DNA from: an uncultured Acidobacteriota bacterium | GTDB lineage: Bacteria > Acidobacteriota > Thermoanaerobaculia > Gp7-AA8 | DNA: 64,000 bases | Direction of reading: 5' to 3' | Assembly (NCBI GenBank): GCA_963822445.1 | Contig: CAWGHO010000002.1 | Span: 1,568,001 to 1,632,000, forward strand | Shown: positions 28,692 through 38,466 of the stretch, piece by piece | How positions within the stretch are numbered: the first letter of the stretch is position 1 | How the letters are laid out: every line of letters starts with the position of its first letter | Made by a program: the position numbers and the translations under genes | The notes under the pieces: model-generated | Seen by the model: only the letters and a program-made list of their open reading frames with translations | What the model was told of the DNA's origin: nothing | The model's database searches: none

Positions 28692-29510
28692 TCAATGCGC
28701 GCCGGGCGTCAACCGCACCGTCGCCACGTACGTGTTCTGCACGCGCTGGCGGTAGCGGGTGTGGCGGCGATTGACCTTCTCGATGTAGGCCTGGGTCTCC
28801 GGGAACGGCGGCACGCCGCCGAAGCGCTCCACGTTCGTCGGACCGGCGTTGTACGCGGCGAGGGCGATGCGCTGGTCGTCGAAGCGGTTGAGCAGGTAGC
28901 GGAAGTAGCGCGTTCCCGCGGCGATGTTCTGTTCGGGATCGAACGGATTGGCGATGCCGAGCGTGCGCGCGGTGTCGGGAACGATCTGCATCAATCCCTG
29001 CGCACTCTTGTTCGAAACGAGCTTCGGCCGGAAGTCCGACTCGGTATGGACCATGGCCGCGACGAGCTCCGGCGGCAGGTCATTCTTTCTCGCCTCGCGA
29101 TAGATGATCGCGCCGTAGGGCACGTTCGCTTTGAAGTACTGCTCCTTGAAGACGTCGAGCGAAAGCACGCGCGGCGGCTCGAGGAACTGCTCGCGCACGG
29201 CGTCGGTCGTGAAGATCGGCAACGCGGAAGCCTGCTGCTTCGGCGGTTCGGCGGCGCGACGCACGGCGGTGACCGCTCGCGACGGCCGGAGGGCATCGAG
29301 ACCGACGGTTTTGATGTTCATCGCCGACATCGGCAGGTCGAACGCGGTCACGGCGAGCGGAATGCTCACCAGGACGGCCACGCTGCGAGAGGCAATCCTT
29401 CCCGCGCGACGCCACAGGCTGGCCTCACGCTCCCGGTGATGCTGGCACGGACAGATCAGCCGGTAGTCGGCTTTGGTCTTCCATCCGGTTCGTGTGCGGT
29501 GAGCGATCAT
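28692..29510 (-). CDS. Lytic transglycosylase (SLT domain)
   Basis: ESDF, GLMQIVP and AAYNAGP. Confidence 0.9.
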   Translation of the reverse strand: MIAHRTRTGWKTKADYRLICPCQHHREREASLWRRAGRIASRSVAVLVSIPLAVTAFDLPMSAMNIKTVGLDALRPSRAVTAVRRAAEPPKQQASALPIFTTDAVREQFLEPPRVLSLDVFKEQYFKANVPYGAIIYREARKNDLPPELVAAMVHTESDFRPKLVSNKSAQGLMQIVPDTARTLGIANPFDPEQNIAAGTRYFRYLLNRFDDQRIALAAYNAGPTNVERFGGVPPFPETQAYIEKVNRRHTRYRQRVQNTYVATVRLTPGAH

Positions 29511-29632
29511 TTCGCGAGCGCTAAGGGCAAAACGCGGACCAGTTATTTGGCCTCCTCGACCAAGTTGCTGACAACGCGGGACTTTCCGTTACGCGCAAAT
29601 CAGGCGGCACATGGATTGCGATTGGCTGGCGC

Positions 29633-30424
29633 GTGAAACACGCCGGTTTCGTCGTCCTCATCCTCAGTCTTGTGTCGGCCGCGCACGCCCAACAGAGCAA
29701 GTCGAAGGCGCCCGATCGAACCGCGCCCACTGGTGACTGCTCGACGAAATGGGAGACCGTGAAACCCGACATCGAGTATCGCACGATTCGGTGCATCGGC
29801 GACCCCGACAAGGTCGATCTTCACCTCGTTCGCGTCGATCCGCGAAAATGGAAACTCGACACGCTCGTCAAAGGCAGCGGCACCTACGCGAAAACGGTCG
29901 CCCGGGACAAGGACGCCCCCTTCGCCGTCAACGCCAATTTCTTCGACAAGTCCCGCCAGCCCCTCGGCATCATCGTCCGGTCAGGAGAAGTCGTGCAGAA
30001 GCCGCGCGACACGAGCTGGCAGTCGATCTTCCTCGTCTCGAAGAGCGGCCGGCCCCGCATCGTGCTGCCGGAAAGCTGGAGCCAGCATCGAAGCACTGCC
30101 TGGATGGCGGTGCAGGCCGGGCCGCGACTCGTGTCCGAGGGGCATACCGTCAAGCTCAAGCCGAACTACTCCGCGCCGCGCGTCGGGGTGTGCATTCAGT
30201 GGGATCGCGACCTGATCTTCTTCGCCACGCCCACCACGCAGAAGTTTCACGTGACCGAGATGGCGAAGATCGCGCGACGGAAGGAAGACCAGGGCGGCCT
30301 GGCCTGCCGCGACGCGATGCTCTTCGACGGCGGCCATTCCGTGAATTTCTTCGTCGGCGGCGAGGAGCAGGTGTCGATCACCGGCGATCCCGTGCCGGTG
30401 TACATCTACGCCACGGAAAACTGA
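29633..30424 (+). CDS. Secreted phosphodiester glycosidase (NAGPA) family protein
   Basis: Signal peptide; AVNANFFD, QAGPRLV, PRVGV and FDGGHS. Confidence 0.85.
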   Translation: MKHAGFVVLILSLVSAAHAQQSKSKAPDRTAPTGDCSTKWETVKPDIEYRTIRCIGDPDKVDLHLVRVDPRKWKLDTLVKGSGTYAKTVARDKDAPFAVNANFFDKSRQPLGIIVRSGEVVQKPRDTSWQSIFLVSKSGRPRIVLPESWSQHRSTAWMAVQAGPRLVSEGHTVKLKPNYSAPRVGVCIQWDRDLIFFATPTTQKFHVTEMAKIARRKEDQGGLACRDAMLFDGGHSVNFFVGGEEQVSITGDPVPVYIYATEN

Positions 30425-30425
30425 T

Positions 30426-30526
30426 CGTACGGCGAGCGTCCCGCTCGCAACGCGCCGGGCGTTTCGCCCGGCGCTGCCGATCGGGCGCGACGCCCGATCG
30501 AGGGCGGCCGGGACGGCCGCCGTACG
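30426..30526. repeat. REP/REPIN-like element (same family as those flanking the RAYT gene)
   Basis: CGTACGGCGAGCGTCCCGCTCGC ... GCGGCCGGGACGGCCGCCGTACG, with internal hairpins. Confidence 0.8.
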
Positions 30527-30527
30527 G

Positions 30528-30881
30528 CTACGCGAACAGAGGCCGGGTCTGATCGTTCAACAGCACCCAGAACGCGTAAGCGCCATACGCCGTCCCGAAC
30601 GGGAAATTCAGTAGCGACAGCCCGGCCACGATCAGGATGAGGATCCGTCCCCAGTCGCGGCGTTTGAGCAGGCCGATGCCGCCGATGATCGAAGGCAGGG
30701 CCAGGACGATGAACAGGCCGCCGACGAGCATGCCCACGGACCCGGTGACGAGCAGCGCGTCCTGCTCGCCCGAGGCGACGCCGGCGCCGGCGATGATCGC
30801 GAACAGGCCCACGCCGAGGACCGCCATGAGCGCCCCGAAGATGATCGAGAGAATGGCCACGATCTTTACATGCTGGTCCAT
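30528..30881 (-). CDS. Small membrane protein
   Basis: Three or four hydrophobic helices; FPFGTA.G.Y.FWVL. Confidence 0.8.
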   Translation of the reverse strand: MDQHVKIVAILSIIFGALMAVLGVGLFAIIAGAGVASGEQDALLVTGSVGMLVGGLFIVLALPSIIGGIGLLKRRDWGRILILIVAGLSLLNFPFGTAYGAYAFWVLLNDQTRPLFA

Positions 30882-31789
30882 GGTGGTGAAGCTCCTTCCG
30901 TTCCGGTCGTGTCGGTCGCCGTTGGCGGTTCGATGGTCGTTGTCGTCTCTGGCGGCGTCTCTTCCGTCGATGTTGTATCCGTAGTTTCAGTCACTGTTGT
31001 TTCAGTCGTTTCAGTCACAGCCGGTTCCTCGGTCGTTGTCGCGGTCTCCGTCGTCGCGGTCGTTTCCGGCTCCGGCTTCTTCTCCGTCAGCACCTGCTCC
31101 TCGGCGAGATGTCCCCAGCGCCGCATGCGCGACAGGATCATGTTCTGCCGCCAGCGCAGCCTTTTGTTCGGGTTGCCGGGATTCATGACCCGCGGATTCG
31201 GCAGGCATCCCGCGAGCAACGCCGCTTCGCGCGCGGTGAGCGATGCCGCGGACTTGCCGAAGTAGTGACGCGCCGCCGCTTCGGCGCCGTAAACGCGCTC
31301 GCCCATCTCCACCACGTTCAGATAGATCTCGAGAATGCGCTTCTTGCTGAGGTTCTTCTCGAGCGAGCGGGCGATGAAGTACTCGCGCACTTTGCGGATC
31401 GGATTCCGCGATGGTGAAAGATAGAGATTCTTTGCGAGCTGCTGGGTGATCGTCGAGCCGCCGTGGGTGACGCGCCCCCGCTTCCAGTTGCGCTCGAACG
31501 CTTCCTTCATCGCCTTCGTGTCGACGCCCTCGTGGTCGTAGAACTCGTTGTCCTCGGCGACGAGGACGCCGCGGCGCAGATTCGGCGAGATCCGCCCGTA
31601 CGAGACCCACGTCCACTTCAGCTCATCGCTCTTTCCGGCGCTGCGGAGCTGCTTTTTCCGCTGTTCCATGAACGCCGTGGTTTTCGGCCGCTCCTTGGCC
31701 AGCGCGGCGACGTCGGGGAAAGTGATGAGCTCGAAAACGATCCAGGCCGCGACGAGGCCGGCGAGGATCAGGAGGATGCGCTTGATCAC
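30866..31789 (-). CDS. mtgA: Monofunctional peptidoglycan transglycosylase with Thr/Glu-rich tail
   Basis: AEDNEFYDHEGVD, GGSTITQQLAKNL, RKVRE and KKRILEIYLN. Confidence 0.9.
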   Translation of the reverse strand: MIKRILLILAGLVAAWIVFELITFPDVAALAKERPKTTAFMEQRKKQLRSAGKSDELKWTWVSYGRISPNLRRGVLVAEDNEFYDHEGVDTKAMKEAFERNWKRGRVTHGGSTITQQLAKNLYLSPSRNPIRKVREYFIARSLEKNLSKKRILEIYLNVVEMGERVYGAEAAARHYFGKSAASLTAREAALLAGCLPNPRVMNPGNPNKRLRWRQNMILSRMRRWGHLAEEQVLTEKKPEPETTATTETATTTEEPAVTETTETTVTETTDTTSTEETPPETTTTIEPPTATDTTGTEGASPPWTSM

Positions 31790-31813
31790 CGCGCGAGCGT
31801 AAACTATCGGGCC

Positions 31814-32392
31814 ATGAAACGCCTGCTGATCGCCCTCCTGATTGTGTTTCCGGGCGCCGCGCTTGCGTTCGACGCCACGCCGGCCGCGCCGCGCGTCGGC
31901 GTGCTGCGCCAGAGCGGCGAGCTCATTCACCACGACGCTCTCGTCGCCGATTCCGTCCACCGTTTTGTGCGCGAGGAGCTGCGCGAGCGCGGCGTCGACG
32001 CGTTCGACGCCGGTGTGACGTTCGCCGAAGCCGTCGACGAAAACTACGCGGATGCCGACTACCTCGTCGAGCTCACCACGGCCGCGGACGGCGGCGAATA
32101 CGGTGGCGTCGGGATCGGCGGCCGTCACGGCGGCGTCGAGCTTTCGATGTCCGTCGCGAAGGTATTCGCCGAGTTGCGGATTTACGACGGCCGGACCTAC
32201 GAGCTGATCGCGACCGAAGACCTGCGCAAGAAGAGCCGCGCGGTGCTGCCGACGGCGCTGGCCATCGGCGGACGCCGCTCCTGGCTCGGGGTCGCGGTGC
32301 CGATCGCGCAATGGGTGCAGTACCGCAACGTTGCGCGGGACGCCGCGCGCGATGCGGCGGAGCGGGTCACGGCGGCGATCGCCGAGCGATGA
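31814..32392 (+). CDS. Hypothetical exported protein
   Basis: Signal peptide MKRLLIALLIVFPGAALA; ATGA overlap with cutA. Confidence 0.7.
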   Translation: MKRLLIALLIVFPGAALAFDATPAAPRVGVLRQSGELIHHDALVADSVHRFVREELRERGVDAFDAGVTFAEAVDENYADADYLVELTTAADGGEYGGVGIGGRHGGVELSMSVAKVFAELRIYDGRTYELIATEDLRKKSRAVLPTALAIGGRRSWLGVAVPIAQWVQYRNVARDAARDAAERVTAAIAER

Positions 32393-32703
32393 AGCCGGTC
32401 CTCGTTCTGACCACTGTCGGTGCCGACTTCGACGCCCGTTCGCTCGCTCACACGCTGGTCGATCTTCGCTTCGCGGCCTGCGTGAACATCGTTCCGCGCA
32501 TCGAGTCGGTGTATCAGTGGGAAGGGAAGGTCACCGTCGACGGCGAGCAGCTGCTGATCATCAAGACGTCCGACGAGCGCATCGCCACGCTTCGCGAAGA
32601 GCTCTTTCGCCGGCATCCCTACACCGTGCCGGAGTTCATCGTCATCCCGATCTCCGAGACGTCAGACTCCTACGGCGCGTGGCTTCTGGAATCGGTGACG
32701 TAG
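32389..32703 (+). CDS. cutA: Divalent-cation tolerance protein CutA
   Basis: AACVNI, SVYQWEGK, IIKT and HPYTVPE. Confidence 0.92.
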   Translation: MKPVLVLTTVGADFDARSLAHTLVDLRFAACVNIVPRIESVYQWEGKVTVDGEQLLIIKTSDERIATLREELFRRHPYTVPEFIVIPISETSDSYGAWLLESVT

Positions 32704-35004
32704 CGCGAAGAACGCGATCACTGCGAGCATCGTCACCACAGTCACATTCCGCCCCCGCGTAAAAGCCTCGGGCCGATACATCAGCCGGATGCGATGCTTA
32801 CCCTGCGGCACGAAGATCCCGATGAAAGCGTGATTCGCGTCGAGGATTTCCACGCGCCGGCCATCGATGTAGGCGCGCCAGCCCGGCCAGTTGCTGTCGG
32901 ACACGACGACCCAGCCGTCGAGCTCCATCGTGGCCTCGAGGTCGTAGATGGAGAATCCCTCGCGGCGCACGATGACGGTGCCGGGGCCGTTCGTGATCTC
33001 GTGCGGCGGGTAATGCGGCACGGTGATCCAGCCGCGGCCGGCGAAATCCTTTTCCTTGGCCATGGCGTCGACGACCGCCTTGCCCACGCGCTCGTAGCGG
33101 ATGCGTCGCGGAACGTACGCGCGCGGCAGAGCATTCTCGTTCTCGAGCAGCCGGCTTCCGCGATCGTCGGCGACCACTTTCCATCCGGGTTCCGGGGCGA
33201 CGCCGATGGAGGTGAGGGCGTAGCGGACGCCGAGGAAGTTGAGGAAGGGGCGCCACATCTCGGGGACGTTGTTGAAGAAGATGTTCTGCGGCTTGCACCA
33301 GATCGGATAGGTCTCGGCGAGTTTGCGGAACGTCATCGCTTCGTAGCCGCGCGCGTCCTCGAGGCCGTACAGCGCGGCGCCATCGGGAATGAGCGCGAAG
33401 TGCAGTCCGACCGTGCGGAAGGGCGACGGGTCGTTGACGGGAATCGCCGCGAGCAGCGGCACGCGCGGATAGAACGCTTTGGCGTCGAGGCTGGGATAGA
33501 TCGCGCCGTCTTCGAGCGTTCGTTGCACGAGAACGAGTCCGAGTAACGCGACCACCGCGAATCGCGGGCGCATCGCCAGAAGGACGATGGCGATGAGCAG
33601 CGGCACGAGCTCGGCGAGGACGAGATTTCCCATCAGCTCGTGGTCCACCCCCGCGGCCAGTTGCGAGTCGCGAAGGATGAATGAGCCGACCGCGAGCGCA
33701 ATCCCGACCGCCGCGAGCGCGAACACCGCGCGTGGCTTCCAGGCATCGACGGCGATCGCGGCGAGCATGGCCATCGCGAACGCGGCCGCGAACACGAATC
33801 GATCGTTCAGGGCGATGTTGAAGAGCGGCAGCTCGTGCAGGAAATGCGCGACCGGCGGCGCATCGAATCCCGCGCACAAACCGATGATCGCCATCGCGAA
33901 GAAGAACCAGGTTTCCTTCCGCCGCGGCGCGACGAAAACCGCCGCGGCCGCGAGCGCGAGAATCAGGCTTCCGACGCGTGCCGACGTCGGCGCCCAGAGG
34001 TCCGTGAAGTTGTCGCGCTCCGGCTGGCCGCCGTAGAACGGAAAGAACGTCGAGCCGGCGCGGCGGGTGATCGTCTCCGGAACGGTGATGAAGTCTGTCT
34101 TCGCGTAGTAGTCGTGGCGGAGGTCGTACTCCTTCGTGTTCGGCGCCGCGGCCATGAAGGGCATCAGCAGAATGGCCGTGAGTCCGAGGGCGACGAGTCC
34201 CGACGCGGTGGCGATGCCGATCGCGCGCAGCGTGTCGCGGCGAACGACGATCAGTTCGAAGATGCCGTACGCCGCGCCGGTGGCCACGATGTGCAGGACG
34301 GATTCGGGATGGCCGGTGAAGATCAACGTGGTGAGCGCGATCGTGAGCGTGACCGCGCCGCGCAGCGATCGCTCGTGAACCACGAGCCGCACCGCGGACA
34401 AAACCAGCGGCAGGAGCGTCCAGGCGCGGCCGAGAGGCCAGCCGACGAAGAAAGCGATCATGCCGCAGAAGGTGTAGCCGGCCGCGGCGATGAGCGACGC
34501 GGCTTCCCCCAGCCCGAGGAGACGGGCGAAGGCGAAGGTGAAGAAGGCGCCGAAGAAGAAGGTCATCGACGCGCCGAACGTCAGCGCCTGCGGATGGGCG
34601 AGGAGTAATCCGAGCACGTTCAGCGCGTCGTACGGCGCGGCCTGCATGTTCGCGGCGAGGATGTTTCCGCAAAGGAGGAACGGGTTCCAGAGCGGCCATT
34701 CGCCGTGAGCCAGGGCCTGCCGCACCGCGCTCTGCCACGGCATGATCTGGGCGTAGAGGTCGGAGAGCGTGCCGTTGTGCGGCTCGCGGAATCCGTAATC
34801 GGCCGCGTAATCGATCAGCGGCTCGGACATGAACGGGAGATCGATTGGCGCGTAGACCTGGCCGGTGAGCAGCGCCCGGCCGGTGAAGCAGAAGGGGATC
34901 AGGATCAGCACGATCGCGGCGGCCACGCTGATGCGCGCCACGAAGCGATCCCACGTCAGGAGGAGGGCGATGGTGGCGAGGAGGTAGAGAACGATCGCCG
35001 GCAA
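32662..35004 (-). CDS. YfhO family multi-TM protein (GT-C-like)
   Basis: GEWPLWNPF..CG, GHPES and C-terminal WPGWRAYIDG...GKHRIRLMYRPEAF. Confidence 0.85.
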   Translation of the reverse strand: MPAIVLYLLATIALLLTWDRFVARISVAAAIVLILIPFCFTGRALLTGQVYAPIDLPFMSEPLIDYAADYGFREPHNGTLSDLYAQIMPWQSAVRQALAHGEWPLWNPFLLCGNILAANMQAAPYDALNVLGLLLAHPQALTFGASMTFFFGAFFTFAFARLLGLGEAASLIAAAGYTFCGMIAFFVGWPLGRAWTLLPLVLSAVRLVVHERSLRGAVTLTIALTTLIFTGHPESVLHIVATGAAYGIFELIVVRRDTLRAIGIATASGLVALGLTAILLMPFMAAAPNTKEYDLRHDYYAKTDFITVPETITRRAGSTFFPFYGGQPERDNFTDLWAPTSARVGSLILALAAAAVFVAPRRKETWFFFAMAIIGLCAGFDAPPVAHFLHELPLFNIALNDRFVFAAAFAMAMLAAIAVDAWKPRAVFALAAVGIALAVGSFILRDSQLAAGVDHELMGNLVLAELVPLLIAIVLLAMRPRFAVVALLGLVLVQRTLEDGAIYPSLDAKAFYPRVPLLAAIPVNDPSPFRTVGLHFALIPDGAALYGLEDARGYEAMTFRKLAETYPIWCKPQNIFFNNVPEMWRPFLNFLGVRYALTSIGVAPEPGWKVVADDRGSRLLENENALPRAYVPRRIRYERVGKAVVDAMAKEKDFAGRGWITVPHYPPHEITNGPGTVIVRREGFSIYDLEATMELDGWVVVSDSNWPGWRAYIDGRRVEILDANHAFIGIFVPQGKHRIRLMYRPEAFTRGRNVTVVTMLAVIAFFALRHRFQKPRAVGV

Positions 35005-36989
35005 ACGCGGGCAATCTTAACCGCGAGAAGAATCGCCAACGTCAGGAGGGAGATCGCCCGCCCGCGGGTGAAGGACTCCGGCAGGTACACCAGCCTCACG
35101 CGATGGTGGCCGCCGGGAACGGAGATGCCCAGGAAGGCGTGGTTGGCGAAATGGGTCTCGACGCGGCGGCCGTCGATGTACGCGCGCCATCCTTTCCAGG
35201 CCGATTCCGAGACGACGATCCAGCCGTCGCCGTCGAGAGTCGCGTCGAGCTCGTACTCGAGCCCCTTGCGGCGGATGGTGACGGTGCCGCTGGCGTTGTT
35301 GCGTTCGTGGGGCTCGCCGGACTCGCCGGACTCGATCCAGGCCAGGTCCGCAAAGTCCGTGGCCTGGCTCATCTGATGGACGACGTTGTCGCTGGTCTCG
35401 AAGCGGATGCGTCTCGGGATGAACGCACGCGGCAAAGCTGCCTGGTTCTCGATCACTTCACGGTCATTCAGTACGTAGTGGACGTTCAGGAACGACAGAA
35501 ACGGCCGCGCGGGATCGTCGATGATGTTGAAGAACGCCGGCTGGTAGCGCGACCAGAGCGGGTAGGTCTGGGCGAAGCGGCGGAAGGTCATGGCCTCGTA
35601 GCCGCGGACGTCTTCGAGCTCGAACAGCGCCGCACCGTTTGGCAGCAGCGTGACGCCGGTTCCCGCGACTCGAAACAGATCATCACGCTGCATCGACGCG
35701 ATCTGCGGCACTTGCGGATAGAACGTCTTCGCATCGAGAGCCGGATAGATCCCGCCGTCTTCGATCGTCCGTTCGACGAGCACGATCGCCAGGAGGATCG
35801 GCGCGAGACGCGGCCAGCGATCCGCTCCCATCCCCGCGAGCATGGCCAGTGCGAAAGACGCCGCAAACGCGAAACGCTCGTTGATGGCGATGTCGAAGAG
35901 CGGCAGTTCGTGCAGCAGATGGGGCAACGGCGGAATGCCGCAGGTGATCAGAAATCCGGCGACGGCCAGCGCGGCGAAGAACCACGCCTCTTTTTTGCGG
36001 GCAAGTAACGCGAGGAGCAGAACGCTGAAGCCGACGCGCGTCGAAAGCGGATCGCCTTTGATCCACGGCAGAAAACTGCGCGCGATCCGTTCCTTCGTCT
36101 GCTGCGGTTGGATGATCTGGCCGTAGGGCTTCGTCGCGTACATCTCCGCACGGATGTTGTGCTCGACCGTTTGCGGCGCGGCCTCTGCGAAGGGGAGGAG
36201 GTAGATGGCCGTGAGGCCGAGGGCGATCAGGCCGGAGAGAAAAGCGCGAGGAAACGAGCGCGCCTGGCGCAGGCCGTAAATCGCCCCCACCGTCACCACG
36301 TGCAGCACCGTCTCCGGATGCCCCGCCACGATCAGCAGCGCCAGCGCCGCGGTCAGCATCGTCCATCGCCGCTCCCGCACACTGAAGAGAATCAGCGGCA
36401 GGAACGTCCACGCCCTCCCCAGCGGCCACCCCACGTAAAACGCGAGCATCGCGCAGAACGCGAAGGCCGCCGCGGCGACGAGCGACGGCCCTTCGCGCAA
36501 TCCGATCGATCGCGCGAACACGAACGTGAAGAACGCGGCGAAGAAGAACGTCATCGACGCGCCGAACGTCAGCGCGTGCGGCAGCGGCAGCACCAGAGCG
36601 ATCCAGGTCAGCGGGTCGTACACCGCCGGTTGCGCGGCCGCGGCGAGGATGTCCCCGCAGAGAATGAACGGATTCCACAGCGGCCACTCCCCCTGCGCGA
36701 GCGCGTAACGCACCGCCTTCTGCCAGGGAATCATCTGCGCGTGCAGATCGGACAAGGCGATGTTGTGTGGCGCCGACACGCCGAACTGCGCGGCGTGCGA
36801 TTTCAGCGGCTCGAACTGGAACGGCAGGTCGATCGGCGCATAGACGCGATTCGTGAGCAGCGCGCGGCCGGTGAACGTCATCGGCAGGAGAACCAGGGCG
36901 ATCGCCGCAGCCCGGCTGACCGGCGCGATGCGCCGGCTCCAGACGACGAGCAGCGTCAGCGTGACGGCGAGGTAAAGCGCTAAGGTCAT
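34956..36989 (-). CDS. YfhO family multi-TM protein (tandem paralog)
   Basis: Same motifs as its neighbour (VYAPIDLP, SDLHAQMIPWQ, GEWPLWNPF, GWRAYIDG). Confidence 0.85.
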   Translation of the reverse strand: MTLALYLAVTLTLLVVWSRRIAPVSRAAAIALVLLPMTFTGRALLTNRVYAPIDLPFQFEPLKSHAAQFGVSAPHNIALSDLHAQMIPWQKAVRYALAQGEWPLWNPFILCGDILAAAAQPAVYDPLTWIALVLPLPHALTFGASMTFFFAAFFTFVFARSIGLREGPSLVAAAAFAFCAMLAFYVGWPLGRAWTFLPLILFSVRERRWTMLTAALALLIVAGHPETVLHVVTVGAIYGLRQARSFPRAFLSGLIALGLTAIYLLPFAEAAPQTVEHNIRAEMYATKPYGQIIQPQQTKERIARSFLPWIKGDPLSTRVGFSVLLLALLARKKEAWFFAALAVAGFLITCGIPPLPHLLHELPLFDIAINERFAFAASFALAMLAGMGADRWPRLAPILLAIVLVERTIEDGGIYPALDAKTFYPQVPQIASMQRDDLFRVAGTGVTLLPNGAALFELEDVRGYEAMTFRRFAQTYPLWSRYQPAFFNIIDDPARPFLSFLNVHYVLNDREVIENQAALPRAFIPRRIRFETSDNVVHQMSQATDFADLAWIESGESGEPHERNNASGTVTIRRKGLEYELDATLDGDGWIVVSESAWKGWRAYIDGRRVETHFANHAFLGISVPGGHHRVRLVYLPESFTRGRAISLLTLAILLAVKIARVCRRSFSTSSPPSPSS

Positions 36990-37041
36990 GGGTAGGATTT
37001 GTCCCGAGCTGGGACTCTCCTATATCAAAAGGAGAACCCGG

Positions 37042-38457
37042 ATGCTCCGAACGCTGTCCTCAGTGCTTGCTCTCACTCTGTCTCTCGCCGGCTGCGCGAG
37101 CTACACATCCCTCTACCAGATCCGCGGCACCGAAGCGCCGCTTTCCGCTCCGGGGACGGGAACGCTGACCGTCTCCGATCTCGAGCAATCGCGCACCGCC
37201 CAGCTCGACCTGGAGGCGCGTTCCATCGAGCGCTTCAAAGACTTCGAGATCGGCGTGCTGGAGATCACCGACGACGGCCTGGTCAATCCCGCGCAGAAGA
37301 AACAGGTCTTCGACATGGTCAAGCCGCGGCTGGACGGCAAGGAAGTGCTGCTGATCGTGTTCGCGCACGGCTGGCATCACGGACCGCACGTCTGCGACCG
37401 CGACCTGGCCTGCTTCCGTCGGGTGATGGAGCGCTTTGCGACTTCCCCCGACCTGAAGCGTCGAGGCGTAGTCGTCACCGGCATCTACCTCGGCTGGCGC
37501 GGGGAGTCGATCCGCGGCAAGTATGTGAACGCCCTGTCGTTCTTCGACAGGAAGAACACCGCCCAGCACATCGGGCGCACGGGCGCGAAGGAAGTCCTTC
37601 TCGAACTGGACGCGATGTACGCCGCCGCGAAAGCTCCCGGAAAGAACATGACCATGGTCACGGTCGGTCACTCCTTCGGTGGCGCGCTGGTGTTCTCCGC
37701 GATGAAGGGCCTGGCCACGGGCGATGCCGCGGGCATCGTCGAGGGGACCGACCTCACCCAGACGTACCGGATCGTGCGCGCGGAAGGGAATCGCGTCGAG
37801 GCCGAAAAAGCGGGCAGGAAAGCGCTGCGCGCGCGTCTCGGCGATCTGGTCGTGCTGGTCAATCCGGCCATCGAGGCCGCGCAGTACAAACCGTTCAGCG
37901 CGGACCTGCCGAAATGGGAGACCGGCAAGTACGGTCCGCCGCCGGACAAACAGCTGCCCTACGACCCCCATCAGTTGCCGGTCCTGCTCGCCGTAGCCTC
38001 GGAAGCCGACGCCGCGGTCGGTCTCGCGTTCCCGGCCGGCCGGTGGCTGGCGGCGCTGCGGGAGCCGGACATCGCCTTCGATGAATCGAAGCGCAAAGGG
38101 ATCGGCCACTACGAGCCACACGTCACCCATCGCCTGACCTATCCGGAGAAGCCGTTCACCGAGACGCCGCAGCAGTGCGGCTGCCCGAAGAACTTCGACG
38201 CGGACACGATGGACATCACCGAACAGCCGCTGGACCTGCATACGACGGCCGAGCAGACCTTCGGCGATCTCAAGTTCACGCCGACGCGGCCCGAAGCGTG
38301 GGACGTTCATTCGCCCTACGTCGTGGTGAGCACGTCGAAGGGCGTGATCCGCGAGCACAGCGACATCTACAACCCCGTCTTCGTCGAGTTCCTGACGAAG
38401 TTCATCCGCGCCTACTACGCGCGCTCGGTGCAGGTCGAGAGTGCGAGGGCGAAGTAG
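37042..38457 (+). CDS. Lipoprotein, alpha/beta hydrolase fold
   Basis: AAGGAG RBS, LAGC lipobox, FAHGWHH and the GHSFG nucleophile elbow. Confidence 0.8.
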   Translation: MLRTLSSVLALTLSLAGCASYTSLYQIRGTEAPLSAPGTGTLTVSDLEQSRTAQLDLEARSIERFKDFEIGVLEITDDGLVNPAQKKQVFDMVKPRLDGKEVLLIVFAHGWHHGPHVCDRDLACFRRVMERFATSPDLKRRGVVVTGIYLGWRGESIRGKYVNALSFFDRKNTAQHIGRTGAKEVLLELDAMYAAAKAPGKNMTMVTVGHSFGGALVFSAMKGLATGDAAGIVEGTDLTQTYRIVRAEGNRVEAEKAGRKALRARLGDLVVLVNPAIEAAQYKPFSADLPKWETGKYGPPPDKQLPYDPHQLPVLLAVASEADAAVGLAFPAGRWLAALREPDIAFDESKRKGIGHYEPHVTHRLTYPEKPFTETPQQCGCPKNFDADTMDITEQPLDLHTTAEQTFGDLKFTPTRPEAWDVHSPYVVVSTSKGVIREHSDIYNPVFVEFLTKFIRAYYARSVQVESARAK

Positions 38458-38466
38458 ACTTCGCGG

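Noticed and set aside
32798-35014. 738-aa same-strand alternative frame over YfhO, and similar Arg/Pro-rich frames elsewhere
   Set aside because: Arg/Ala/Pro/Gly-rich shifted-frame composition with no RBS or domain. This differs from the 50.2-50.7 kb overlap, where both frames have starts at one RBS and meaningful ends.
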